Assembly: GCA_000165425.1 (NCBI GenBank)
Contig: CT868019.1
Span: 1 to 64,000, forward strand
Direction of reading: 5' to 3'
DNA: 64,000 nt
From: Paramecium tetraurelia
Taxonomy: Eukaryota
The notes under the pieces were generated by a model. The model was not told where the DNA came from. It searched no databases and saw only the letters and a list, made by a program, of their open reading frames with translations. The position numbers were made by a program, and so were the translations under genes. Positions 1 through 14,689 of this stretch are shown piece by piece (within the stretch, counting starts at the first letter, position 1; each line of letters starts with the position of its first letter).

Positions 1-3000
1 TTTTATAATGTTTTTTCAAAGCATTGCATTTCATATATGATTACACCATTTTATTTTAGTATTATTAAATTATATTGTCAGTTTAGTGTGTACTTTATTG
101 TGACTTACCATTTAAGCATTAATGTATTATTTGTTAAATGAACTCACCAAACTAATTCAAGTTGAAAAATTAAATACATTCGCTATCAAATTCAGAAATT
201 GCAATTAATTAGTAATTATAGATTCATATACGATGGTGTATAATCCTAAATATAGGAAATTTTAGTTGGTTCTAATAAATTGGGCAATTAATTATTAGTC
301 TAATCTAAGTACAGAAACAGTATTAATTATTAATGAGTAATGTGTGTGTATATTCTTAAAAATGAAGTATGTTCAAAGCTGCCATATAAAAATTATTAGT
401 AATTGATAGCCTTAGAATATACAGAATCCATACTTAGATGTATGTGATGTGCATATATAAGTATTCCATTACCTGATAAATAATTACTGCACAAAAACTG
501 GCAGATAATATTTCAAATGATGATTTCAAGTATATGTGCTACATTGCTGTCAGAATCAATACATGATTGAAAGAGCATCAAATATGGAATTATGATTGTG
601 TTTGATGAAGAATTAAGTCTTACTGAATATAAATAATTCTGGAAAAAATGTTCAACATTTTACTACCACCATCAGTACATAACCAAATTTTCTTGGTTGA
701 TCCTAGATGAAGAACTGTTTATTAGTGTAATACAACCAGTCATTTATGGGTGATAGCAAATAATAAAATTACCAAAAGAAAGAACCATAATAAACAGGAA
801 GGATAAAATAATTATGATTTAAATGAAGCTGATCCATCGGCAATGCAAGTTGCTCGATCTTCAGATTGAAGAAATCTAAAAAATTTAACCTCAAAACCCC
901 CTTTAAGAAATGCCACAATAATTAACTGCCTCCTTAACAACTCCAGACAATTATGGTCATATTAAATTGCTCATTACAAAAGCAAATTAGGGAGTTATAT
1001 TTTAATACTATTGCATAATTTTATTTGCAATTATCATATCAAAATATAAACTTTGAGAAAGAAAAATTATCATACCTAGCCTCAGAACATTGCAAAAACG
1101 ATGTATAACTTCCTTCTCAGTCTAAACATCTCTATATGCAACCTGCAAAACTGTTAACTACTAAACAATCATAATTGGGTATTTCTTTTTCAAATTAAAA
1201 TTTATTATGTCTATTCCATAATGGTATCTCCGCTAGCCCTCGCTGTATTAAATATTGTCTTTATAGGCATCAGATCATAATAAAAGTATTTTTTCTAAAT
1301 AGCAATTTATTCTACAGTTTAGAAATCTCCTCCAGTACTAAATTTTACACTTATTTATTACCTATTTGTGTTGTAAGTCTTCAAAATGATTAAATTGTTG
1401 CGATTTAATATACCTTCTTATGCCATATAATTTTGCTCCTTCATTTTGTCAACTTTTTATGAAAATTTCTGGTATTTCAGAAAATTTAACAATGTGCAAC
1501 CACTCTCCCTCAAATTTATCATCTTCATCAAAACTATTGCTAATGAGGAAGATGATGAAAAATTTTGTTTCATAACAATGATGGCTTGTGATGCTTTTTA
1601 TAAATATGTATCATTTGCTGCCTTTTGGAAATAATCACCAGATTTTTGCAAAATTATATCTTCATCGTTATAAAGCTTAAATACTTGTGCCTTTTGACTT
1701 CATGCATTATTTTTGCTATTTGTGACATCAATGAAACAAAGATGCAACTACATTGAAATGTAGCTTAAAATGATGGATTCTCTTTATGTTTGAAACTTGC
1801 ACTATTATAACATATACTAATTTGATATCAACACTTAGCGCAAAGATATCATATGGATCGTATTAAAAAGGCTCTTATTTTGAGATAAAGGTAAAATCAA
1901 ACTCTTATTTTTGTTCAAAATGATGAAATTCTAACTTAAAATGCATAATTTATAACATTTCATTTATCAACAACGCTAATAATTAATCATTTATCTTTAG
2001 ATATCATTTGGAGAGGAGGATTGGATATGGGTCTTTCAGAAAAAAAAGATTGAGTAAGAGCTCATTACGAGTTCGCTAAACATATGTTGTAGGTCACATT
2101 GATGGATTCATGGTTCCAAGTTGGACTTCATACTAGATTATTTGTCCATTAAGTACAAGACTTTTTGGAAGTTTGGAAGATGCTTTCGTCATTTATTTGA
2201 CTATGTCTAGGTACGCAGGCCTTTAATCATGTTGTGTTGATCTTCAATAAAACTTGTAGAACTAGAGTACACCAAGGATGTTTTACAAGTTGTAAAAAAA
2301 TAAGGAGTTGAGTATTTTTAAAAGTTCGTAAAAAGGAACCTTCATATCTGGCAATTTGTTTAACAATCCCTTAAATCACTAAGACATTCCGAACTTTTAT
2401 TTTTCTGTAATAAGATATGAATCAAGTTTCGCATAATACTTCATATCAAGTAAGATTGCAAAGATTGCAATTTTATCGATATCAAATAAATAGTTTGCTT
2501 CGGAATATCATTATAGCTTAGAAATTGGCATCAAATGGCACAATCTTTAAACAACTATGTAAAAGAACCCATTTATTTAGGATGGCATACATTCGAAGTT
2601 TTAAACTTTAACAATGAGAACAGCATTTTTGCACAAATGTATGTATTGCAGTTAGCACAAGAATAATTGTATTTGGTTGCAAGTGCATACTACTAGTGTA
2701 GAGCGTGTGATAAAAAAGATCGCAAGTGTTCCAAGTTGAACAAGTTTCTTTGACTCCTTAATATTAAAACATCATAAAAAGTTGGATTCCAAATTGATCA
2801 GCAATCTTCTCCATTATAATGCATAATTTATAAATATCTAAATGTTTCAGTACCCTTTCAAACAAAGTTAAGTAGTACAGATGAATCGAGGAAGACATCA
2901 TTACATCCATCGTTTAAGCTTAGTATTATGTATCCATTTTTAGATTCTTAAAGTGTACTTGATTTAATATCAGATCCTATTTACTTAAAGATTACTAAAG

Positions 3001-6000
3001 ATTTTCTTTAATGTTACTAATGTAATTAAAGTTGACATTTTTCACCCAATTGATTTAAAAATAATATAAGAAATATGTACACTTTTAAAAGTTCAATTTG
3101 ATCAACCTAATTTCGAAACAAGTAACTCAAAATTAAATAATCTTGAACCAGTTGAGAAAAAGCCATCATTCAATATGTCCAATTTGATAATATAATTTCA
3201 TGCAAAACTTTATATTATCAAGTAGAAACTAGATATAAATCACTTATGAAGAGTAACAAGAAGGACAGACTGATGGTTTTTGGAGAAACTATAAATATAT
3301 CCAATATTTTAAACAATAACTGATAACTATTCTACGTAAACAAGTCTAAATGAGCTGAAGGTATTACTCGTGTTTTGCTGATATTGCAGATCCGATTACC
3401 AAAAAAAGTATATAAAAATAAAGATTCTTAACTCAAGAAGACTTTCATCTTAGAAATTCCTTTACATTTAGTTTCCATTTATTTGTACAAAATTGTTCAG
3501 GTTTTGTAAATGAAACTAGTTTTTGTATTTGCTTAATCTAAAATAAACTTGCATTAATGAATAATTGCAAAACTCACACAGTCCAAATTAATTAATAGAT
3601 CTAGTAGTAGCGATTTCAGATGTTGATAATTGTGTCAGATCTAAAAATGGAATTGCAACCTTGCAGTTCATGCAACCATAACTTGGGAAAAAGGATTTAT
3701 ATAAATCTATATGGCCCTCTTATTCTACTAAGGCTTTTAAAGCACTGAAAAAGCAAGCAACCTGAAATTTCATCGATTAAATGCACTAATTGTTAATTGT
3801 GGGATAATTCTTAGATTCTGGTTCCAAGTTGAATAGACCCTGTCGATTATATAGCTCCAAATAGATTATCAGATTCAGGAGTATCTCGATGATGCACATA
3901 ACAAGCAAATAGGCTCATGTAATATAAATAATAACAACCGTCACTTGCTTCAAAGTATTAGTGCGCACCATACCTCCTAGATATCACACTTATGGCACAA
4001 CTATTTTGCCATGATTTTATATCAGGGTTTGGGCTATTTTGTAACTGATAGCGTCAAGTTGATCCAATACCTCAAAAATTCCTGAAGGCACAACTTGTTA
4101 GACCTCAGATACACCGTATATAGGAAATAATAAAACTGACCAAAAATGTAATAATCTATACAATGGTCTAAGTGATTTCTAAATTTGTAATCCTAATGCG
4201 AACAATCCCTATACTCTTGCACCATCTATATTGGTTATTAAACTACTCTGCATATGAATCAACCCTATAAGCCAACAGCCTTTCATGTTCAAAGTTTACT
4301 TTGAATTATTTAGGACAAGTTGAAATATGCTACAATTAGTCAATTATTTTGTCATAAATGATATACTGCTTTTTTTTATGGATTTTATTTGAGTTGAAAA
4401 GTATGTCTTTCATGTTCAACTTTTATGAATACTCTACAATAATTATTATCGTATTTAAACTTTTTAAATATCAAGGTTAATTGTTAATAATTGTGACTTC
4501 TTCAGTTTGTAGTTTGTGCTATATTTCAAATATGATCTTTAATATGATGTTGCCATTAATTAAGCAATCCAAAATGCAATTAATGAAATGATCATAAAAA
4601 AAAAACTCAATTAAATGCAGTTCATGTCATTCAAATTCCACTTCATTTAAACCGCTTGCTCCTCCAACGCTTTCATGATAAAATCTACCAACAGGATTAA
4701 ACAAGTAATGCTCTGTTTGTTGTTTATCATCTCTCAAGTAGAATTAGAACATAAAAATTGTGTCGTGTGTTGCAATATCATTTTTTATTCAAATTAAATT
4801 TCTACAAAATATGCTTAACTCAATTTAATCAGTCTCCCTCTTTTTATGAGTTTATTAGTAACTCAATAATTTAACTTGAATTAGATGCCCCGCTACTTAC
4901 AGATTATGTTAATTCCAAAGTTGCTTAATTTCTAACATCAACGCCAATTTTCAAATATAATAAGCAACAACAGATTTCATCAATATAAAATAAGCAATTA
5001 TTTATTGTAATATTTTTGCTTAATCGCCATAATGATAGTGTTTAAACTTTTATGAATATCAAATAGTGTTCTTTCTGCAAAACTTAAGTATATTTAAAGA
5101 TGAACATTGCAATAAATGAACCAGGTTGACAATCGATATCAGAAAAACACTTATTATTTTTCCCTTGCTTTAAAGAATTTGCAATATCTGTTTGTGTAAT
5201 TGATATTTTTTTGGATGAGAAAATTCTTACAAGATGTCATCTATCTATTTCCTTCTGTTGTGGTAAGGTTTAATAGGCTTCACAAAAGAACTAATTGTTA
5301 AACAATTCATACAAATAGAGCAAATTTTGAAAGTTTTTACAACTTAAGCATGGAGTTGCATCACATTTATCTTAGAATGACTTCATATGAAGAATACTAT
5401 TAGGTAGGCACGATAAGTCATATACCGACAAGTTTGTGTTACATTTTGATACAATTTCTACATTTTCTCTTTCCATATCAACACGGCTTATTTCATATCG
5501 CTTCCCTTATTATCTAGTATTTGAAATTATGTAAGGTATTAGCAATAAGAACATTAGGCTTATCATGAAGATGATAAATTAAAGCCCTTAATGTGAGAGA
5601 AATAAGTAAACCTGTGAGCAGATACTTTGAACTTAATTCTCAAAGAGAAAGGAACAACTTTTATTATCTATATCAGCAGGGAACCATCAAAAAATCCTCT
5701 AGTATTTAGTTAGCCCTAATTTTTTTCATCAAATTACACCGCATTCATCTTTAGATGATTTTAGTGAACGCCATCTAGCTACTTCAATTAAACCTAATAT
5801 AAAAATATGGCAATAATAAGAGAAAAGGTTTAAACGTGGATAAAATACCGTTATAACTTGACAAATGGTTGACGCAGCTTATTGAAAGTAACATACAGCA
5901 ATCCCTACTAATAATATCAATATTTTGGCTTCTAGAACAATTATAAAAACTTTTAAGCTTATTTAACATAAGTGTAACCTTAAATGAAGCAACAAATAGA

Positions 6001-9000
6001 AAATAAGAGCTCAAACTCAACTAGAAGGTTGCAATCTCCATTATATATATTATACTTCCAATAATACCCTTTAAGAAACAACTTTTAACAGCATCATAGT
6101 TTTGAATTATCATAGTAGCTCACCTGTGGCTTAAGTATTTTTTATTATCGCAAAAAAGTAACACAATTGAAGGTAAGCTCAAAAATACGCTATTAAAGCA
6201 CAATCGGCAATACGAGTACTACATTAGGAAAGCTGATGAAGATTCTGAATTCAGCAGGATCTTGTACTCTCAAAAAGAACCCAAATCAATAAAGTATTGA
6301 ATGGGTTAAATGTATAAACAACCTAAGTGTTTCGAATACTGCTATATGTAGCCTTGTCGCTTGGCTGCTGTTTTTAAGATAGAGCATTTCTTCTCTAAAA
6401 GTCTTTTCTAATGCTTCTCGAAGTCGTCCATAAACTCATTCAGTAGAATTTTGCAAAGTGTTTTAATAATTCAAAAAGGATTTACAAAAAGCAGCAGCAA
6501 ATATTCATAAATAAAGCATAGAGTTCTGCATTTAACACATAAGGAGGTGATTAATTTGTAATAAGTTTCAATTAATTAAGCGAAGATTCAGTTAAAATTA
6601 GGTGCATGAAGAGATTATTTGTAGTATGGATGAAGGAGAAACAAGGTATTGGCGTCCGAATACGTTAAGGAATAATTTGGCTTTTTTTTCAAAACATTTA
6701 TAAGAAGAACTTCAAATACAATTGAAGGAAAGTATCATAAAATCTTCTGTTTTTTTAAGTTGGCATTTAAAGTTTCCAACTCTATTTTCAAATTTATCAA
6801 TTAAACCATATATAAAGTTTGTATAATCTTGATACTCCTAATAGTTGAAAGGAGTGGGCCATTGTCTAAGTGTTACAGTTTTGATGGAATTAATCCATCA
6901 TTAGGTGCAATTGATGTAAATCAGAAAGCAATTCCTATATCAAGTAATTAAGGGGCTCCCTAGATTCGAACGCTTAAGTTCAACTTGCCAAATAAAAAAA
7001 AAATCAAACATATCGAAAATAAACAAGAAAGGTTATACAATTTTTAGAACACCTAGGATGAGGTAATGGTGGAGAAAAACGATATAAATTGTCAATGCTT
7101 ACTGACAATTAGCAACAAAAATATATAAAATTAAGGCCTGATATTTAGATGAAGCCACCCATTTATTTAATGTCGAGATGTCAGAATATTTAACAATATA
7201 ACGACCTTATTAGAATCATTTGGTTTTGAAAATACTTTTCTATACCTTAATTTGAAAAGTATTATTAATTTGATTGATCCTATTACAGCAATTCTTATTA
7301 CAAGAAGAAGAGAGGATGGAATTGATGAGGCAGAGAAGTAAAAGTAAAAATGGAATTAGCAGTCGGCACATCAAATATAATATTACTGAAGTAGGAATAC
7401 CAACGTTTAAAATACCTAAAACACTATTGACAAAACTTGCAAGTGCTAATGCTGCGGTTTAATTAAGTTTATGAATTTTGTGAGCATGAAGGAGATAATA
7501 AATACAAGGCTGAAACAGAATAGTAGTGCTCTCAATATGTTTTTAGGAATTGGATGAAAATCGATTCCAAGAAAGGAACACATATATCATCTCAAGTATC
7601 AGAACGCCACTTACAGGGTGTTATCGCAACCTTATTAAGAGTCGTCATTAATACCTAATATACAAATTTTAGAGTTCAAATATTTCTTACAGGAAGTATT
7701 TATAGTATTTTAGTTATTAAAGATATCCCCACCCTAAAATATTATGTTGTTTGACTTGGCATATAAGCCTACTCTGAATACATGCGCAAATATACGATGT
7801 GCATACACTAGCTACTCCTGAATACAATAATATAGTTGGGACTGTGTAATTCTTAACAAGTTTTTTGTTATGTAAGGCACTGACTGTACAGTATATGAAT
7901 CTTTGCAAGCGACTGATGAATTCTCTAATATACGAACTACCAAGGGATACTTGCTTTTTTCATAAAGTCAAAGCAAATTTAGATAAAAAAAGTTAATACA
8001 TGTAGCATTAGTTTGATTCCATTAATTTTTATGCCTAGCTATTTATTATAAAGTAGAGTAATTAGTTCAATAAGTTTTCCCTTTATTGCTACAAGTAACA
8101 TAAAAGATATCAACTCCTTTACCTGATAATCAAAAAAAAACTTGTGAACTACAAATTTACAGATTAAGTTCTAATCAGATGCTGATATCTATCAAAACAG
8201 GTATAATCGCAAGTTCATTTATCAAGAATGATTACCAAGTATGCAACATAAATTAATGCTTCACATTTAATGAGTTATCATTTACAGTTGCACAACTCAT
8301 AATTAGTTTGAGCAGTTGATTTGGGATGGTTCACAAAAAGAAACAGATGTTGAGAATTTCATTAATGAGTTGATCTTGATGAAAGATAACTTGTTACCAG
8401 AATCAAGGAAGTCTCAAAAAAATCAGCACATTCAGTGTATGAATTTTCGAAAAATTTAGCATTGCAATCAGTATACTAATTCGCCATATGAAGAGCATTG
8501 CATAATTTGCATGTTGTTTCCAAAAATACAGCTGGATCGTATATGCAGAAGCCCTATTAAACTTTAATCGTTTGGGCAGAACAGATTGTAGTAGATTTTA
8601 GGGCAGGTTAACTAAGTCAACTTATTTACCACTAAGTCATTCTATAAGTTTAATTAGTTCCCTCGATATTATAAACAGAAGAATGAGACTGGATTACAAG
8701 ATTGCACTCTCTATTAATCAATAAAATTTGCAAACTTCATCTCAATCAAATGCATAAGGTTAATCCAGAATTACAATTATACTCAAGCATTTTGTTTCAT
8801 TCGGATACTAGCCTGTTATGAATCAACGCATAATATTAATGTACACATTCATTATGAGGTTACATTTGAAGATGCACACCTTAAGAATATAAATATGCAT
8901 ATAGTACTTGAAATACCAATATATATATTGCAGCACAAGAATAACAACAGTTACAGAGACTAACATCCCATGAAACTTACATACTACTGGCATAAAACAT

Positions 9001-10700
9001 ATGATGCAATAAGATAACAAGTGTTCCTGGCGTTTCATGTTTATGTGTATAAGCACCTGATAAGTAGGATCAAAATACAAAAAGAAAAGTAAGGCTGGCA
9101 GTCTTCTTCAGCCTAATCGGAAGTGCTTAACAAAAAAATGGTTACATTTCCAGTATCATTTCGAAAACAGTTAAATTATTATAGATTCCTCAAGAAATCA
9201 ATTATACGTCTTCCGTTGTTTAGATCAGAATTAGAATTTTCATCACTATTTGAACGGCAACTAACTGTGGATACTTAAAGTGTACTTGATATAGCTACTT
9301 CTCTATCAAATAATTCGCTTGATGCTGAGCAACTTTGCAAGGTTTAATCTAAGTATTAGGTATCAAAAGTGATTAAGATGCATAATATATAAAATCATGT
9401 ATCTATAATCATGATTGAGGAATTGGCAGAGGTTTACTGTTTAGTATTTGGACGGAGAAGTTACAAACGATATGACTTAAGGATTGATGAAAGACGTGGA
9501 TTAAAATTGGTTTAAGCCCTAGTCTAAAATTGTTCAAAAACACCGTTGAGTGAACGAAGGAGTCCTTGTAGAGAAGTTAGCATGGCTCCCACTATATACC
9601 TCGAAGTGTCTCAGAAATGGCGCGATAGATTATTCACGATCCTGTATCAAAAGTCTTTTCATTTAATTAAATTTATTTCATATTAGTATTTTTAAATGAC
9701 CTAAATCAATAAGGACTATTTGTGTCTTTATAAAACTGAATTTGAGCTACTACATCATTAACTATTGCAATCACAATTTAAGCAGCTCAATTAAAAACTG
9801 ACAATCTTTGCAATTATTTGTGTCACAGTAGTAATACCTATTTTATACATCTATACTTGGACAGAAACTCCGGTTGCTATTTTTAACCTTAACCATAAGT
9901 AAGTAAGACTGTAAGAAAAATAAGTAATTATTGCATAAAGTGAAATTACGGAAGACGTTTAAAAGTCTAAACTGTATTATCTGCAACAAAAGCTTAAAAA
10001 AATTTGAGAGATTATGGAATCATATCATTCGTTACTACAGACTCTACACTATTTAGTGTAAATGATAGTATGCGATAATGTAAGTTGTTATTGTATAGGC
10101 GATTGAGGAATAATAGCTTATGTTAAGAAGATTCCTAACTATTTAATATGCATAATCTTAAAGTTTCTTTACATCATGCTCCAGATTACTAAATTAACAC
10201 CCCGTTCAAGTATTGAATTTGTTATTAAGTGTCAATGAGCTGAGATGAAAATTAACCAAAATCAATTCAATATCTTCTGATGAAATGCTTCTCTTGTAAA
10301 AATGGTGTACTTTTTCTAAAAGCCGATGCTATTAATTCAGAATTAAAAAAAATAAACTACCTCCTGTAAGAGTTTAAGTTTTCAAACCAAACTTCCTATT
10401 CCTCCTAATGAATTAGAAAAACCTTCTTGATAAATTTAGCATATTGCTTTATAAAAAGTCTTTCATGCAAATTATTTAGTTCCAAAATAATAGGAGTACA
10501 ATAAGTACAATCATTTATTCGATAACACATGTGGAGTCTTAATAATACATTTGTTAGAAACGTTAACATTTAATATAGTATTGGTGTTCTACACACATTA
10601 AGTACTCGTATAAGGCTATAATTCTAGTTGTAGCAATATTATTGAATGTTTGCATGATGCATATACTGAGAACATCTTTCAATTAGATGCAACGGTGCTA
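1..10700 (+). pseudogene. Heavily decayed giant Cys-rich surface/membrane protein gene(s); boundaries approximate
   Basis: No long TGA-free frame found. Residual + strand motifs: AHYE..DSW near 2060-2113 (cf. PHY..IDSW in the intact gene at 12147) and CxxC words at 2697, 4508, 4616, 4709 and 4759 in shifting frames. Composition looks coding-like rather than like the AT-only spacers. Confidence 0.45.
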
Positions 10701-12000
10701 TCGATTAGTCACTATCAACAGGATTCTTTTATGTCTCATAAAAATATTTACAATCATAAGATTCTTTAAATAATTTCTTCACAATATATAATCAAATAAT
10801 GGAGTTGCAAAATTAAGGAGATATAGATGGTGTTAGGATATGTGGAAGTAAGGCACAAGTCATATTTATCTTTTATTACGGCATTACAAAGGTGTAATAT
10901 GTTAAGGATAGCTGGGATTGTTATTATTTAAAAACATTATGATAAAAGAAGCGCGCACGTAGCCGGACAATTAATGCCATGCCTTATAACCAGAGTGATT
11001 TGGTAACAAGCGAGGTTTTCAATTTATAAAAAGATGGTTTAAAGGCTGCTTATCACACTTTTAATTTTCTTACTACCAAACACTTACTACTTACACCTGT
11101 TACTAAAGATATCTCATGTTTGACAATATTAATTGTATGAGCACTATTATTTGAACAAACAGTGCAAAAGTATTATTTATTGTTGATATGTATTAACTAA
11201 GTTTGTTGGAATCCTAATCAACAATAATAATAGTGTCGTTATCTACTGCATTTTGTTGAAGAAATCTTGTTAGTACTTAAATGTTAAACAATTTTTCGGC
11301 AGTTACTTGGAAAGTGTTAGTAAGACTACCATTTGTCAATAAAGATTCATGAAATTATGTTATAGAAAAGAATTAGAGTAAAAGTATCTTGGGCCACATT
11401 AAATAAAACTATAATAATAGCAGTTGGAACAATGCAGTAAAGAATAATCCTGGACAATTCAAATATTAAGCATCCAAAGAAACACAAACATTTTCAAAAG
11501 TTGCCCCTTGGGTGAATTGTTCAAGCAAAGAGATAAATTGGTTATTACGATATCATCATAGGTGTCTATTGATCAATTAGCTATCCAAAGAATATTTTTA
11601 ATTGAAAATTAATTGGAGCGTAAAAATTCAGAAATACATAAAGTTGAAAGTATTGTTGTCAGAATTCTTTTATGATATTTGAATTGGAAAATTGGAGACA
11701 ACCTTTTCGTATTTGATCAAATTAACCAAATTTGTTGAAGAGATGATCTTAAGAACATTATATAAGCTTTGAAAATGAATTTTATATGGCTTTTATAAAT
11801 TTTCTTTATTTATTAATTAATGTGATCTTTATATTTTAGTTTGCACTCAATTGATTTATTAAATAAAAGTGGATAGTGAGTGCAATCAAACCTTCTCAAG
11901 GAATTAGAAAATTTTTTCTTTACAAAAAATCATACACCATACCTGTTGTGATTGCTTTTTGGAAGTGCTTGAAAGAGATTGTATAATCAAATGTTAACCC

Positions 12001-12034
12001 AAGGAGAATGTTTAAGGAGAATGTTTAAGAATGT
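12001..12034. repeat. Short tandem duplication (AAGGAGAATGTTT x2 plus a degenerate third copy)
   Basis: Read directly: aaggagaatgttt aaggagaatgttt aagaatgt. Confidence 0.85.
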
Positions 12035-12146
12035 CCAGAAAAACAGAATTTTGGCTAATAACAACTAAAATTAAAAGTAGGCTTTTTATCTTATATCACA
12101 ACATTCTTCTATCCAATTATTTTGAGATATTATAAAAATAAAATCA

Positions 12147-13788
12147 ATGAAAATAATATTCTACTTTGCATGTTTTACAATTGCATTCGCCTAAGACTTT
12201 AAAACCATTTTCACTGCCTTTGTAGGCTCTAATTGGAATGATTAGGGTAACTCATTTATTAAAATTAGAATGGTTTTATTCTGATATATATGGGGGAATA
12301 TTTGGTTTTTGTGAAAATGAATAATTATTTGGTGGCCATTATGTATTTGGGAAAAATTCCTTAGCTTCTCGACAATTTATTCTTCCCCCTCATTATTATG
12401 TAAAAATTTAATTAAGATTCTGGAAGTATTAAAATAATTAATATTTAGAATTGATAGTTGGGATGGAGAAGTCTTCTAATTAATAGCTGATTAGAAAGTT
12501 TATAGTAGGCAATTTTGGCCAAATGAGGGAGGAGATTTTTGTGGTCGTGGAAAGAAAGGAAATAATGATCTTCTAGTTAATATTGAGGTAAGTATTGAAC
12601 ATAATTCCCAATTGTTTGCTTTAATAATGACTTCAAATTTGGATGAACATGCATATTATGTATAAGTTGTTTTTAGATAATAGGAATCATGGGGGATAAA
12701 CTGGTTTGAATTATCAATTTTAGAATGTTTTTTAGGTTGCTTAAGTTGTGAAGATTCAACCTCTTCCTGCCTAATATGGAGTAGCTTAGCATCATATTGG
12801 CAAACTTAAATGAGCGATGATGGATGGCTAACTAATGGAGGTTAGATAGGAGGATCTAATATTTGCGGCGGTCTTTTAATTGTTGGAGGAACTTCTATAT
12901 TAATGCAAGGCTAAAGTTTAGAAAAAACGTTAAAAGATCTACCTATCCACTATTTGATTAAGTTTGTATTTAAAATATGGGCGATAGGTGAGTGGGAATA
13001 CGAGAAATTAGAGCTTTAAGTTGATAATCAAGTTTGGATGTCTGAGTCAATTCAAAATAATAATCCTGTTCCCTTTGATTGTGGTATCAAGTAAAAAGTT
13101 AGCATTGTAAATACTCATACAATAAATAACCATACTTAAAATGAAATGAATATAGTTATTAAGTCAAATTAATCCTCATAGAAACCTGCATTTTGGGTGA
13201 TCTAATCTTTAGACATTTATATAGCAGAATGCTCTATTGGTTGTCAAGAATGCTTTGGAACAGAACCAACCATGTGTACCAAATGTATCAAAAAATGGGG
13301 TTTTTATTAAAATCAATGTATTATTGGTATTTATTTAATTTTAAGTTAGCTCCTCCAATTGAGTGTGCTAATGTTAGAATTGTTTAATTTAAAGATTAAA
13401 ATATCAATAATCCTGACACATTTCAAATAACTATTGATGAAGTGAATCAAAATAGTATAGATAAGGGGTAGCAAAAATTATTTGTGAGTTCTTCTATTTC
13501 CACTCTTACATTTAAATTTTGGTGAGATTTTAAGAAGACTATAAAATTGAAAGTTTTTTTAGGAATTGTAGTTAATGTAAGGCTGACTAATTTCAATTTT
13601 TAAATAAGGCTTCTAATGGAAACAACGCTTTAATATATAATGCATAGTTTATGCAAGTTATAGCATCAGAAAAAGAATTAATAATTAGAGTTTCAAAAAC
13701 AAAATTAGAAATCGTTTAATTATAATTAGTAAATGAAATAGATTAAGAAGAAGTTTTAATAATGAAAATTAACATCTAATAGGGATGA
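12147..13788 (+). CDS. Secreted Cys-rich protein with two PHY..IDSWD..ESWG-type domains and CxxC motifs; 3' end needs a non-typical intron or has a frameshift at 13522
   Basis: Signal peptide MKIIFYFACFTIAFA; LPPHYYVKIQLRFWKIDSWDGE..ESWGINWFELSILECFLGCLSC; second copy LPIHYLIKFVFKIWAIGEW..FWVI..ECSIGCQEC; introns e.g. 12247-12268; TGA at 13786-13788. Confidence 0.75.
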
Positions 13789-14689
13789 AAGATGTGAGAT
13801 TTATTATGATTTCTAACTATCATAATTGAATTTATATTAAGAAGTAAAATTTATTGGTTCATAAATTGTTAGATTATCATAAAATTTCTGCTTCAAAAAT
13901 TTTAAATATTAGTTTAATTTAATTTAGCATAGTATTCATTCAATTATTTAATTTTATGTTTTCTGAATTAAATAATTTCATTAAATTACTTCTTAAATAT
14001 TTCCTGTCAATATTATTTAATTTAGTAGCATGCAAAATTTAAGCGAATTTCAAATACATTAGGTGTTATAATAACAATTATAAATCGAGCCAAATTTGAA
14101 ATAACTATTTAAAAAGTTCAAAAAAATAATTCATTATTATTCTTTATTTCTTCTTAATTAAATCATTAAATCTTTAGACATCTTCACTTCATCTCTCTAT
14201 CTCATTTTAATATTCCCTTTCATATTTTGAAATTTTTTCAGAAAGGTTGGAGATTAAATTCTATCCTAAAATCCACCTAGAACAAAATGAAAAACAAAAT
14301 TAAAAAATAACTCTAAAAACAATATTATATTCTCAACAGATAAATACTGATTTTTTGTATTGAGGCATTTCTCAGCAATACATTTAACCTAAATAATGAA
14401 ATTTTTTCTTTATTTAATTTAGTTTATCTTTTAGTTATCAAATAAGCTCAACAATTACATGAATTAGGGGACAATATTTTAATGATATATTGAAGCAGCT
14501 ACTTTCAAATCTTCTAAAATTTATTATTACCAAGTTTTATTAAGTTCTACCAATGTTTAAACGAAAAGAATGTAACAAAAAATACTAAAATAAAAGAAAT
14601 TAAAAAATCCAAGTTTAAACTGTCAGCATATGAGAATATATCAATAAGTTAGTAAGTTATCTTCTAACTTCTGTACAGCTACATATTAT

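Noticed and set aside
6930..7010. Minus-strand GTTCGAATC followed by GGAGCCCC, resembling a tRNA T-loop and acceptor end
   Set aside because: The T-stem cannot pair (AAGCG versus CTAGG) and I found no D-arm or anticodon arm.
10700..12000. Coding-like composition suggesting another relic gene or transposon
   Set aside because: No DDE/RT motif, terminal repeat or long frame found by eye.
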